Shown here in pieces: positions 25,676 through 33,923 of a stretch of 33,923 nucleotides of DNA. This DNA comes from Candidatus Eiseniibacteriota bacterium (GTDB taxonomy: Bacteria > Eisenbacteria > RBG-16-71-46 > CAZEPH01): NCBI GenBank assembly GCA_044229145.1, contig JBGATO010000040.1:1-33923 (forward strand), read 5' to 3'. Each line of letters opens with the position of its first letter. Position 1 is the first letter of the stretch. The notes under the pieces are model-generated. The model was not told where the DNA came from, searched no databases, and saw only the letters and a program-made list of their open reading frames with translations. The position numbers were made by a program, and so were the translations under genes.

Positions 25676-27225
25676 GCCTCGTCGCCCCACGCCGCGTCGA
25701 GCATCGACTCGATGCGGGCGACGATGTGGCGCGCCACCGAGAGCTTCGGCATCACCGGCAGTTGTTCGACGGTGCCGTCGGCGGTGAGCAGCGTGACGGC
25801 GTTGGTGTCGCCGCCGATCGTCGCGTCGTGCGACAGCGCGTTGTTGAGCACGATCATGTCGCAGTGCTTGCGCTGCATCTTCTCGCGCGCGCGCGCCAGG
25901 TCGGCGCCGTCGCGCGCGGTTTCGAGCGCGAAGCCGACGAGCAGCGTGTCGCCCTTCTCCTCGCCGATCGAGGCGAGGATGTCGTCGGTGGATTCGAGTT
26001 CGAGCGTCATGCCGGCCCCGACGCGCGCCAGCTTGTCGGCGGACGGTTCGGCGACGCGGTAGTCGCTCACCGCCGCCGCCATGATGACGACGTCGGCCTC
26101 ACGCGCGGCGTCGCGCACCGCGCCGGCCATCGCCTCGGCGGTGAGCGCGGGCCGCACCTCGATGCCGGACGGCGGCGACACGTTCATCGCGCCCGCCACC
26201 AGCACGACGCGGGCGCCGCGTTCGCGCGCCGCTTCGGCCAGCGCCACGCCCATCTTGCCCGAGCTGCGGTTGGTGAGCACGCGCACCGGATCGATCGGTT
26301 CCTCGGTCCGTCCGGCGCTGATCACCACGGTGCGGCCCGCCAGCGGCGACGGCGCATCGTCATCGCGGGCGGGCACCGCATCGCCGGCGTGCGCCTCGGC
26401 CACCGCGCGGGCGATCGCGCCGGCCAGCACGCTCTCGCTCGGAATCACGCGCGGCGTGGCGCCCGGCGCCGCGGCCACTGGCGGTTCGTCATCGTGCGGA
26501 TTGGCAAGCGGCCCGTCGAGGTCGCGCCACATCACGGACATCGGCGTCACCGGCTCGGTGCTGCCCGGCAATGGCTGGAACTCGGGATGCGTGAGCGGCG
26601 GCGCGGCGAACAACGCGACCACTGCCGTCGCGATCGTCTCCGGCTCCGCGAGCCGTCCGGTGCCGATGGTGCGGCACGCGAGATCGCCGCTCTCCGGCTC
26701 CACGAACGCGACGCCGCGCGCCGCCAGCGTCGCGCAGTTCTCGCGCACCGCCGGATGCGTATACATCGCCGGATTCATCGCCGGCGCCACCAACACCGGA
26801 CAGCGCACCGCGAGCAAGAGCGTGCTCAGCGCGTCGTCCGCGATGCCGTGCGCGTACTTGCCGAGCGCGTTCGCGGTGGCTGGCGCGATCACCACGACGT
26901 CCGCCTGCTGCGCGAGGTCGATGTGGCCCACCGGACTCCACGGCAGTGCCTCGTCGGCGCGCGGCGCCTGCACCGGCTCCGGCTCGTCCCAGGTCGACGT
27001 CGTCACCCGATGTCCACTCAACGTCTGGAAGGTCAACGGCGCCACGAAGCGCGTCGCGTTCGCGGTCATCACCACATGCACGTCGGCGCCGGCCTTGGTG
27101 AGCAGCCGCAGCACCTCGACCGCCTTGTACGCGGCGATCGACCCGGTGACTCCGAGCACGACGAGGCGCCCGGCCAGCGGGCCGCCGGTGGACGGCTGGG
27201 GCGCGAAGCGGTCGGCGTTCTCCAT
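25672..27225 (-). CDS. coaBC: Bifunctional PPC decarboxylase/PPC synthetase CoaBC with a long interdomain linker
   Basis: GVTGSIAAYKA, APATAN, PAMNPAM, LAC...GRL; SAGRTEEPIDPVRVLTNRSSGKMG, AAAVSDY, VGFALET. Confidence 0.95.
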   Translation of the reverse strand: MENADRFAPQPSTGGPLAGRLVVLGVTGSIAAYKAVEVLRLLTKAGADVHVVMTANATRFVAPLTFQTLSGHRVTTSTWDEPEPVQAPRADEALPWSPVGHIDLAQQADVVVIAPATANALGKYAHGIADDALSTLLLAVRCPVLVAPAMNPAMYTHPAVRENCATLAARGVAFVEPESGDLACRTIGTGRLAEPETIATAVVALFAAPPLTHPEFQPLPGSTEPVTPMSVMWRDLDGPLANPHDDEPPVAAAPGATPRVIPSESVLAGAIARAVAEAHAGDAVPARDDDAPSPLAGRTVVISAGRTEEPIDPVRVLTNRSSGKMGVALAEAARERGARVVLVAGAMNVSPPSGIEVRPALTAEAMAGAVRDAAREADVVIMAAAVSDYRVAEPSADKLARVGAGMTLELESTDDILASIGEEKGDTLLVGFALETARDGADLARAREKMQRKHCDMIVLNNALSHDATIGGDTNAVTLLTADGTVEQLPVMPKLSVARHIVARIESMLDAAWGDEA

Positions 27226-27334
27226 CGCGGAACCTCCGGAACGTGGACGGGCGAAGCGGGGCCTCAGGGGCGGGCGGAGTGTCGCACAGTGCGCGGCAAG
27301 GCGGAAGGGACCGCGCGCTCCGCCGGGCAGCGCA

Positions 27335-27365
27335 ACGGCCGGGAGGCATCGCGCCCCCCGGCCGT
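27335..27365 (-). terminator. GC-rich hairpin between rpoZ and coaBC
   Basis: ACGGCCGGGAGG...CCCCCCGGCCGT; only a short U-tract. Confidence 0.35.
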
Positions 27366-27390
27366 CGGCAATGCGGTGACGCGGCCGCGC

Positions 27391-27696
27391 CTACTCGTCG
27401 GCAGCCACGTCCGCGACGTCGTCCGCGGCGTCGTCATCGTCGTCGCCGGAGCCATCCTCGATCGGGGCCGAGAAGGTCGGCGCCACCGGAGCGGCCGGCG
27501 TGATGACCGGGGCCGGGTCGTAGGTGAACTTCACCTGGCCCTTGTCGACGCGGCTCACCGCTTCTTCGCAGATGCGGCGGTACGGGCGGTCGAGCAGCTG
27601 CTGATCCCACTCATTGAGACGGCGGGCCTCCTTGGCGGCCACGATGACGCGCTCGTACTTGTTCTCCGGCGGATCGTTTTGGATGTTGATCGGCAT
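27391..27696 (-). CDS. rpoZ: RNA polymerase omega subunit with acidic tail
   Basis: NKYERVIVAAKEARRLN; position between gmk and coaBC. Confidence 0.85.
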   Translation of the reverse strand: MPINIQNDPPENKYERVIVAAKEARRLNEWDQQLLDRPYRRICEEAVSRVDKGQVKFTYDPAPVITPAAPVAPTFSAPIEDGSGDDDDDAADDVADVAADE

Positions 27697-28340
27697 CAGG
27701 ACTCCTTCTCTTCCCGGCCTCGCATCAAGGCGAGGATCTCCGGCTGCGGGCCGGCGAGCAACCGCCGCACCTTGTGCCGTTCTGCGTCGAGAATCGCGCC
27801 GATGGTGGCGAGTGCGTCCTCGACGTCGTCGTTGATGACCACGTACGTGTAGTGCTTGGCCTGCTCGATCTCGGCGATGGCGCGGCTCAAGCGGCCGCGC
27901 ACCACCTCGTCGGCGTCGGTTTGCCGGCCGCGCAGGCGCGATTCCAAGATCTCGAGTGACGGCGGCAGGACGAAGATCGACACGCCGTCGGGGTACGTCG
28001 CGCGCATCGACTCGCCGCCCTGCACGTCGACGTCGAGCAGCATGATCTGCCCGCGCGCGACCGCGTCGTCGATGGGCTGGCGCGGCGTGCCGTACCAGTT
28101 GCCGTGCACTTCAGCGGACTCGACGAACTTGCCGTCGCGCCGCCATTCCGCGAACGTCTCGCGGCTCAGATACCAGTAGTCGTGGCCGTCGGCTTCCCCG
28201 TCGCGCCGCGCCCGCGTCGTCGCCGACACCGAGTAGAGCAACTCGGGCCGGCGCTGCATGAGCAGCGTGCGCAGCGTCGTCTTGCCCGCTCCGCTGGGAC
28301 CGCTCAGCACGACCACGAATCCGGGGGGAGTGAGAGCCAC
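27696..28340 (-). CDS. gmk: Guanylate kinase
   Basis: SGPSGAGKTT, SVSATTRARRDGE, WYGTP, DVDVQG. Confidence 0.96.
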   Translation of the reverse strand: MALTPPGFVVVLSGPSGAGKTTLRTLLMQRRPELLYSVSATTRARRDGEADGHDYWYLSRETFAEWRRDGKFVESAEVHGNWYGTPRQPIDDAVARGQIMLLDVDVQGGESMRATYPDGVSIFVLPPSLEILESRLRGRQTDADEVVRGRLSRAIAEIEQAKHYTYVVINDDVEDALATIGAILDAERHKVRRLLAGPQPEILALMRGREEKES

Positions 28341-28344
28341 GCCG

Positions 28345-29220
28345 CTACTCCACGTTCTGCACTTGTTCGCGGATCTTCTCGATCTCTTCCTTCAGGACGA
28401 CCACGCGGTTCACGATCTCGACGTCGTTCGCCTTCGATCCGATCGTGTTGACCTCGCGGTTCATCTCCTGGAGGAGGAAGTTCAGCTTCCGTCCAGCGTC
28501 GTCGGCGTTGAGCAGCTCGAGGAACTGCGCGTTGTGGGCGCGGAGCCGCACACACTCCTCGGTGACGTCCAGCCGATCCGCGTGCATGGCGATCTCCATC
28601 GCCAGCCGCCCGTCGTCCACCGGCACGTCGTGCAAGAGCCCTTGCAGGCGCTGATGCAGCGCGTCGCGCAAGGCGAGCACACGCTGCGGCGCCCGTTCGT
28701 CGATCTCCGCCACCATCTTGTTCATCGCGGCGATGCGCTGGCGCAGATCGTCGGCGAGCGCGCGGCCTTCGGTGGCGCGCATCGTGTCGAGATCCTTGGC
28801 CGCCGCGCGCACCAGAGGTTCGACCGCGCTCCACGCGTCCTCTTCGCTGACGCCCGGCCGCTCCCAGGTCACGATCTCCGGCCGCGCCGCGACGGTCTGG
28901 ATGTCGATGTCGCCGGTGAGGCCGTACTCCTGCTTGAGCGTCTGCAGCAGCGAGATGTAGCGCTGCGCGGCTTCGCGGTCGAGGCGCAGCTCGGCGCCGC
29001 CATCGTTGTCACCGTCCCAAGTCACCGCGGCGGTGACCTTGCCGCGCGTCACGCACTCTTGGATGACGCGGCGCACCGCGACCTCCATGCTGGCAAGAAA
29101 GCGCGGCAGGCGCAGGCTGACATCCAGCCCGCGATGGTTCACGGTGCGCAATTCGACGGTGATGCGGGCGCCGTGGAACTCGCCTTCGGCGAATCCCAGG
29201 CCGGTCATACTGCGGATCAT
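28345..29220 (-). CDS. yicC: YicC/YloC family endoribonuclease
   Basis: MIRSMTG, RTVNHRGLD, GRKLNFLLQEMNREVNTIGSK, EKIREQVQNVE. Confidence 0.95.
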   Translation of the reverse strand: MIRSMTGLGFAEGEFHGARITVELRTVNHRGLDVSLRLPRFLASMEVAVRRVIQECVTRGKVTAAVTWDGDNDGGAELRLDREAAQRYISLLQTLKQEYGLTGDIDIQTVAARPEIVTWERPGVSEEDAWSAVEPLVRAAAKDLDTMRATEGRALADDLRQRIAAMNKMVAEIDERAPQRVLALRDALHQRLQGLLHDVPVDDGRLAMEIAMHADRLDVTEECVRLRAHNAQFLELLNADDAGRKLNFLLQEMNREVNTIGSKANDVEIVNRVVVLKEEIEKIREQVQNVE

Positions 29221-29249
29221 CCGGATCTCCGTGTGGACGGGAACCGGGT

Positions 29250-29279
29250 ACTGTACCCACGAACTAGGCGATCCGTCAA
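29250..29279 (-). promoter_or_regulatory. Putative sigma70 promoter of the yicC-gmk-rpoZ-coaBC operon
   Basis: TTGACG-N18-TACAGT upstream of a GGAGA SD. Confidence 0.5.
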
Positions 29280-29293
29280 CGCCGAGCGCCGCC

Positions 29294-29749
29294 CTACGCC
29301 TTGGCGACGACCTCCTCCTCCTCGATGATCTCGACCTCGTCCACCATCGGCACCGCCGGCCGCAAGGTCAGCCCGACGCTGCAGTACTTCTCCCGCGACA
29401 ACTCCACCGCCCGCTCCACCGCCGTCCTGTCGATCCCGAACCCACGCACGATGTGCTTGACACGGAACGACTTAGCAACTTTCGGGATGTCCCCGGCGCG
29501 CTCGGTTTCGACCACGATTTCGTAACCGGTGACGCGTTGGCGCTTCTTCTTGAGGATCGAGATCACGTCCATGCCGGTGCAGCCGCCGAGGGCCAACCCG
29601 AGCAGTTCGAACGGTGACACCCCGTGGCTGTGGTCCCCGGTGTCGAGGACCATGCCGTGCCCGCTCTTGGGCACCGCGACGAACTCCATGTCGTGTCCCT
29701 CGGCCGGGGCCCAGCGCAGCGTGCCGGTCATCGTCGTGTTCGTGGACAT
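29294..29749 (-). CDS. OsmC/YhfA family protein
   Basis: GVSPFELL...GGCTGMDVISILKK...AVELSREKYCSV. Confidence 0.9.
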   Translation of the reverse strand: MSTNTTMTGTLRWAPAEGHDMEFVAVPKSGHGMVLDTGDHSHGVSPFELLGLALGGCTGMDVISILKKKRQRVTGYEIVVETERAGDIPKVAKSFRVKHIVRGFGIDRTAVERAVELSREKYCSVGLTLRPAVPMVDEVEIIEEEEVVAKA

Positions 29750-29892
29750 TGCGATCCTCCTGACGTTTCGTCGCCTCGCGCGCGGTCCCCGGCGGCGTTC
29801 AACCGGGCCTCGGGGGCGAGGGTCTCACCGGCGATGCGGGCTCGTGGATGCGCCCGACTCACCTTCCCCCCCGCTCTCTCGGAGGAACCACC

Positions 29893-30582
29893 ATGATGAC
29901 GCGTAAGTGGCGTCCGCGCAGTGCCGCTTTGGGTGCGGCGGCCCTGTTGACGCTCGGTCTCGGCGCGAGCCGCGTGTGCGCGCACCCCGCCGATGCTCCG
30001 CCGCCGCCTATTACGTGGGAGGCACACGGCGGTCCTGAGATTCCCCCGCCGCCCCCGCCGCCGCCGATGGTGCGGCAATTGGACCGGCTGGACGACGTCG
30101 CCCACCTCACCCCGCGCCAGGAGCGCGAGGCGATGCGGCTCATGCGTCGGGCGCGCGAGGACATGCGCCCCCTGATGCGTGAGATGGCGCGCGGACGGCG
30201 CGCGATGCGCGAGGCGCGCCTGCACGACGCGCCACCGCGGCAACTCGAGGAGATGGCGCGCCACCAGCGCGCGATGCGCCGCGAAATGGCCGGCATGCGG
30301 ATGCGGATGCACCATGAGCTGATGCAGCGGCTCGGTCCGGAGCAGCGTGACGCCGTGCGCGACGAGATGCGCGGCCGCATGCGGGAACGGCGCGAGATGG
30401 GGCGCGAGGGCCGCGGTCCCGGCGCGTGGGACGGCGACCTGCGCGAACGCCGCGACGAGCTGCGCCGCGAACGCGACGAGCTGCGGCGGCGGCGTGACGA
30501 ACTCCGCGAGCGCCGCGACGACATGCGCCGCGACCGGGGCGACGATCGTCGCGACGACGATGGGTGGGAGGACGTGAAGTAG
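29893..30582 (+). CDS. Spy/CpxP/ZraP-like periplasmic helical protein
   Basis: GGAGG SD, signal peptide, poly-Pro, LTPRQ and LGPEQ (LTxxQ-like) motifs, Met/Arg-rich. Confidence 0.65.
   Translation: MMTRKWRPRSAALGAAALLTLGLGASRVCAHPADAPPPPITWEAHGGPEIPPPPPPPPMVRQLDRLDDVAHLTPRQEREAMRLMRRAREDMRPLMREMARGRRAMREARLHDAPPRQLEEMARHQRAMRREMAGMRMRMHHELMQRLGPEQRDAVRDEMRGRMRERREMGREGRGPGAWDGDLRERRDELRRERDELRRRRDELRERRDDMRRDRGDDRRDDDGWEDVK
30439..30522 (+). repeat. Four degenerate 21-bp coding tandem repeats (LRERRDE-type heptads)
   Basis: ctgcgcgaacgccgcgacgag / ctgcgccgcgaacgcgacgag / ctgcggcggcggcgtgacgaa / ctccgcgagcgccgcgacgac. Confidence 0.7.
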
Positions 30583-30714
30583 ACGGCGCGCCGGGCCGGG
30601 CGCTGTAGAGGGTCCTAGGGCTCGTCTCGTCCGAACGCACGGCTCGGCCGTGTCCGTCACGCTTCGCGGCAACTCCCGCGGCGCCGGCTCTTCGTGAGCC
30701 GACGCCGCTCGTCC

Positions 30715-31155
30715 TTACGGCGAGTCGATCACCAATGTCACCGGCCCATCGTTGAGCAGCGTCACCTCCATGTGTGCTTGGAACACCCCGCGCGCCACCG
30801 GCACGCCGGCACTCGCGAGCACCTCGCAGAAACGCTCCCACAACGGCTTGGCGATCTCCGGCCGCGCGGCGTCGCCGAAGTCGGGACGCAGGCCGCGCCG
30901 CAGATCGCCGTAGAGTGTGAACTGCGGCACCACCAGCACGCCGCCGCCGATGTCGCGCACGTCGCGGTTCATGCGGCCATCCTCGCCGGCGAACACGCGC
31001 AGGCCGGCGACCTTGCGCGCCATCCACTGCAGCGCGTCCTCGCCGTCGCCATGCGTGGCGCCGAGCAACACCAGCAGGCCGTCGCCGATTTCGCCGGTCA
31101 CCGCGCCGTCCACCACGACGCGCGCGTGCCGCACCCGCTGCACCACCGCCCGCAT
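30715..31155 (-). CDS. dtd: D-aminoacyl-tRNA deacylase
   Basis: MRAVVQRV, PQFTLYGD, RPDF, NDGPVT (Gly-cisPro motif). Confidence 0.95.
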   Translation of the reverse strand: MRAVVQRVRHARVVVDGAVTGEIGDGLLVLLGATHGDGEDALQWMARKVAGLRVFAGEDGRMNRDVRDIGGGVLVVPQFTLYGDLRRGLRPDFGDAARPEIAKPLWERFCEVLASAGVPVARGVFQAHMEVTLLNDGPVTLVIDSP

Positions 31156-31189
31156 GCGCTTCTCCTTCGCCCAAACCGTGCGGCTCCTT

Positions 31190-31218
31190 TTGACGCGCCG
31201 CCCCGCGCAGGGTAGCCT
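31190..31218 (+). promoter_or_regulatory. Putative promoter of a leaderless FIST gene
   Basis: TTGACG-N17-TAGCCT, 6 nt before ATG 31225; no SD. Confidence 0.55.
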
Positions 31219-31224
31219 CAGGGC

Positions 31225-32421
31225 ATGACGCATTCAACGACGCAACGCAGCTCGATGCAGTGGGCCGCGGTCCACTCGACACTTCCCGATCCGCAGCAGG
31301 CGGCGCAGGACGCCGCCGGCCGATTGCTCGACGCACTCGGCGACGGACCGATCGACCTCGTCCTCGCGTTCTTCTCGACCGAACTGACCAGCGGCGCGGA
31401 GGACGTGCGCGAATGCCTGATGCGCACGCTGGCGCCCGGCTGCCTGGCCGGCGTGAGCGCCGCAGGCGTCATCACGACCGACGAAGAAATCGAGGAAGGC
31501 CCGGCGCTCTCGCTGGTCGCGGCACGCTTGCCCGGCGTGCAGGTCTCGCCGTGCATGCTCGGCGGCCGCGAATGGGCGGACGAAGTCTCCAGCGCCGAAC
31601 AGTTCGAGCTCTACGCGCCCGGCGTGCGCGGCGCGGAGGTGGCGATCGTCCTCGCCGATCCCTTCAGCTTCGACGCCGAACGCACGCTGGCGATCCTGCA
31701 CTCCTACGCGCCGGAGGTGCGGGTGGTCGGCGGACTCGCGTCGTCGGGCATGGGCCAGGGCGGCAACATCCTCTTCCTCAACGATTGGCTGTCGCCCGAG
31801 GGCGGCCTGTGCATCGCGCTCTCCGGCGCGTTGCGCGCCGACGTCATCGTGTCGCAAGGCTGTCGCGCAGTGGGCCCGGCGATGACGGTGACGCGCAGCG
31901 AGCGCCACTACCTGCTCGAGGTCGATGGCGAACCGGCGCTCACGCGCTTCAACGCGGTGCTCTCGTCGCTGAGTCCGGCGGAGCAGGAGAAGCTGGGCGG
32001 CGGCTTGTTCCTCGGCCGCCCGGTGAGCGCGGGCGCCGAAGGACGCGGCGACTACTTGATTCGCGGCGTGCTCGGCGCCGACCGGCTGCGCGGCGTGGTC
32101 GCGGTCGGCGACGTGATCGCGGCGGGCGAACGCATTCGCCTCCACGTACGCGATGCGGTGACGGCGCGCGAGGATCTCGAGATGTTGCTGTTGCCGCAAA
32201 GCGTGGACACGCGCGCGTGCGCGGCGCTGGTGTTCTCGTGCAACGGCCGCGGCACGCGACTCTACGACGAACCGCACGGCGACATCGCGCCGCTGCAGGC
32301 CGCGCTCGGCGGCGGCGTGCCGGCGGCGGGCTTCTTCTGCAACGGCGAGATCGGCCCGGTGGGCGACCGCGCGTTCGTGCACGGACACACCGCCAGCATC
32401 GCGCTGATCCGCCCGGCGTGA
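31225..32421 (+). CDS. FIST_N/FIST_C domain protein (NosP-like)
   Basis: VVGGLASS, VSQGCRAVG, VFSCNGRG, GFFCNGEIGPVG, HGHT. Confidence 0.9.
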   Translation: MTHSTTQRSSMQWAAVHSTLPDPQQAAQDAAGRLLDALGDGPIDLVLAFFSTELTSGAEDVRECLMRTLAPGCLAGVSAAGVITTDEEIEEGPALSLVAARLPGVQVSPCMLGGREWADEVSSAEQFELYAPGVRGAEVAIVLADPFSFDAERTLAILHSYAPEVRVVGGLASSGMGQGGNILFLNDWLSPEGGLCIALSGALRADVIVSQGCRAVGPAMTVTRSERHYLLEVDGEPALTRFNAVLSSLSPAEQEKLGGGLFLGRPVSAGAEGRGDYLIRGVLGADRLRGVVAVGDVIAAGERIRLHVRDAVTAREDLEMLLLPQSVDTRACAALVFSCNGRGTRLYDEPHGDIAPLQAALGGGVPAAGFFCNGEIGPVGDRAFVHGHTASIALIRPA

Positions 32422-33605
32422 GCGCACTGCGGCTGTCGCGCCGGCTGCCCGCCGAGCGCAGCCTGAATCCGTTCGCCGCCGCGCTTCAGGCGCGCCGCGC
32501 GGCGGGCGGTGACCTCGCGGATCTCACCGAGACGAATCCAACCCGCGTCGGACTTGGCGGCGTCGACGGCTTCGCGCTCGCCGCACTGGCGGACGCGCGC
32601 GGCAGCGCGTACGCGCCACACCCACTCGGCCTCGGGCTCGCGCGCGACGCGGTGTGTTCGCTGTTCGCGGAGTGGGGACACGCGCTGACGCCAGATCGCG
32701 TTGCGCTCACCGCCTCGACCTCCGAAGCCTACGCGCACCTGTTTCGCCTGCTCTGCGATCCCGGCGACCGCGTGGCAATTCCGGCGCCGAGCTATCCGCT
32801 GTTCGAACCGATCGCCGCGCTCGAAAACGTCGGCGTTGTGTCGTACCGCCTGCACGACAGCGACGGCCGCTGGGCGCTCGACGAGGACGACTTCGCTCGC
32901 GCCGTCGCGCAACCCGGCGTACGCGCGGCCATCGCCGTGCAACCGAACAATCCGACCGGTTCGTGCTTCGACGACGGCGAACGCGCGTTCGTCGATCGCA
33001 CGTGCGCCGCGCACGACGTCGCGGTGATCGCGGACGAGGTCTTCGGCGAGTTCGCGCGGCCGGATCGCCGCTCGCCACTTCCGACATTGTATGGTGCGCG
33101 CGAGGCGTTGACGTTCGTGCTCGGCGGCTTGTCGAAGACGTGCGCGGCGCCGCAACTCAAGTTGTCGTGGATCGCGGTGTGCGGCCCGCGCGCGGCGTGC
33201 GACGAGGCGATGGACGGCCTCGAGTGGATCGCCGATTTGTTCCTCTCGGTGAGCACGCCGGTGCAGGTCGCGTTGCCGCATCTGCTCGCGACGCGCGGGC
33301 CGGTGCAGCACGCGGTGCGGCAACGGCTCGCCGCCAACGTGCAGGCGGTGCAGGCGGCGGCGTCACGCACGCCGGCGTTGAGCGTGCTCGAGGCCGACGG
33401 TGGATGGTCGGCCATGCTGCGCGTCCCGCGCGTGCAAGGCGACGAGGCGTACGCGCTGGCGCTGCTCGAACGCGGCTGCGTCGTGCATCCGGGGCACTTC
33501 TACGACGCCCCGCGTGAGGGCTATCTCGTGGTGAGTCTGCTGCCGCGGCCGGAGATGTTTGCGCGCGGCATCCGCATTCTCGAGGACATGCTCGCCGCGC
33601 TCTAG
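32418..33605 (+). CDS. PLP-dependent aminotransferase class I/II
   Basis: GTG start overlapping the FIST stop; DLTETNPT, TASTSEAY, PSYPLF, PNNPTG, ADEVF, GLSK...PQLKLSWI, HPGHFY. Confidence 0.9.
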   Translation: MSALRLSRRLPAERSLNPFAAALQARRAAGGDLADLTETNPTRVGLGGVDGFALAALADARGSAYAPHPLGLGLARDAVCSLFAEWGHALTPDRVALTASTSEAYAHLFRLLCDPGDRVAIPAPSYPLFEPIAALENVGVVSYRLHDSDGRWALDEDDFARAVAQPGVRAAIAVQPNNPTGSCFDDGERAFVDRTCAAHDVAVIADEVFGEFARPDRRSPLPTLYGAREALTFVLGGLSKTCAAPQLKLSWIAVCGPRAACDEAMDGLEWIADLFLSVSTPVQVALPHLLATRGPVQHAVRQRLAANVQAVQAAASRTPALSVLEADGGWSAMLRVPRVQGDEAYALALLERGCVVHPGHFYDAPREGYLVVSLLPRPEMFARGIRILEDMLAAL

Positions 33606-33612
33606 ATGCGCG

Positions 33613-33648
33613 GACGGCCGCGCGACACCGGAGCGTCGCGCGGCCGTC
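33613..33648. terminator. Hairpin between convergent genes (probable bidirectional terminator)
   Basis: Perfect 14-bp stem GACGGCCGCGCGAC/GTCGCGCGGCCGTC with an 8-nt loop. Confidence 0.65.
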
Positions 33649-33663
33649 GTGGGGAGACTGCGG

Positions 33664-33850
33664 TTAGCGCACGATCGCGATGCGTTCGCGATGCGGCGTA
33701 CCGCCCGCGACACGCACGTCGAGCAGGTAGATGCCGGACGGCAGCGCGGCGCCGGTGTCGAGACGCGCCTCACCCCGATCCCCGGCTGCCAGCGTTTGCC
33801 GCAGCATCTCGCGGCCGTTCACGTCGAGCACGCGTGCATCGACGGTGCGC
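33664..33850 (-). CDS. C-terminal FlgD-Ig/T9SS-like domain of a secreted protein (5' part missing)
   Basis: VLDVNGREMLRQTL...LPSGIYLLDVRV...ERIAIVR-stop, the same pattern as the CTD ending at 18944. Confidence 0.7.
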
Positions 33851-33923
33851 GCGAGGCGTTGACGTTCGTGCTCGGCGGATTGTCGAAGACGTGCGCGGCG
33901 CCGCAACTCAAGTTGTCGTGGAT
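33844..33923 (+). repeat. 80-bp direct repeat of 33093-33172 (79/80 identical), runs to the window edge
   Basis: ggtgcgcgcgaggcgttgacgttcgtgctcggcgg[c/a]ttgtcgaagacgtgcgcggcgccgcaactcaagttgtcgtggat; the only mismatch is 33128 C vs 33879 A. Confidence 0.95.

Noticed and set aside
30439..30522. Short repeats as a CRISPR array
   Set aside because: In-frame degenerate coding repeats without spacers; no cas genes.
33093..33923. 80-bp repeat pair as a diversity-generating retroelement TR/VR
   Set aside because: Only one synonymous mismatch, the target is the middle of an enzyme gene, and no reverse transcriptase is present.

Overview
High-GC (roughly 70% by eye) bacterial chromosomal window. FlgD-Ig/T9SS-like C-terminal domains and a PorV-like gene suggest an FCB-related lineage such as Ca. 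Eisenbacteria (inference). Left to right: (i) a partial ygeW-type carbamoyltransferase and an uncharacterised fold-type II PLP enzyme (anaerobic purine-catabolism type); (ii) a minus-strand operon of hexaheme c7-type cytochrome, HybA-like 4x[4Fe-4S] protein, HybB/NrfD membrane subunit, a c-heme-motif sensor kinase, a membrane-anchored receiver fused to a GcvH-like domain lacking the lipoyl lysine, DUF948 and YtxH, which is the best candidate for an undescribed system; (iii) an accessory patch with a DES1/DEGS-like desaturase, a PorV-like protein, a probable DUF4266/ApbE relic, a lone ScdA_N-like protein, a methyltransferase and an O-antigen ligase-like gene beside tRNA-Thr(TGT); (iv) PaaI thioesterase, aminotransferase, cysS and a secreted phosphoesterase; (v) the housekeeping run yicC-gmk-rpoZ-coaBC-udg-dnaB-mlaE-mlaF-mlaD, where dnaB holds a 420-aa LAGLIDADG intein whose 3' splice junction lies in a sharply AT-rich 72-bp patch; (vi) osmC-like, Spy/CpxP-like, dtd, FIST and aminotransferase genes, and a truncated CTD gene whose upstream part is replaced by an 80-bp copy of 33093-33172 (probable chimera). 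No CRISPR array, integrase, transposase or rRNA was seen. All family calls come from motif recognition, not database searches.
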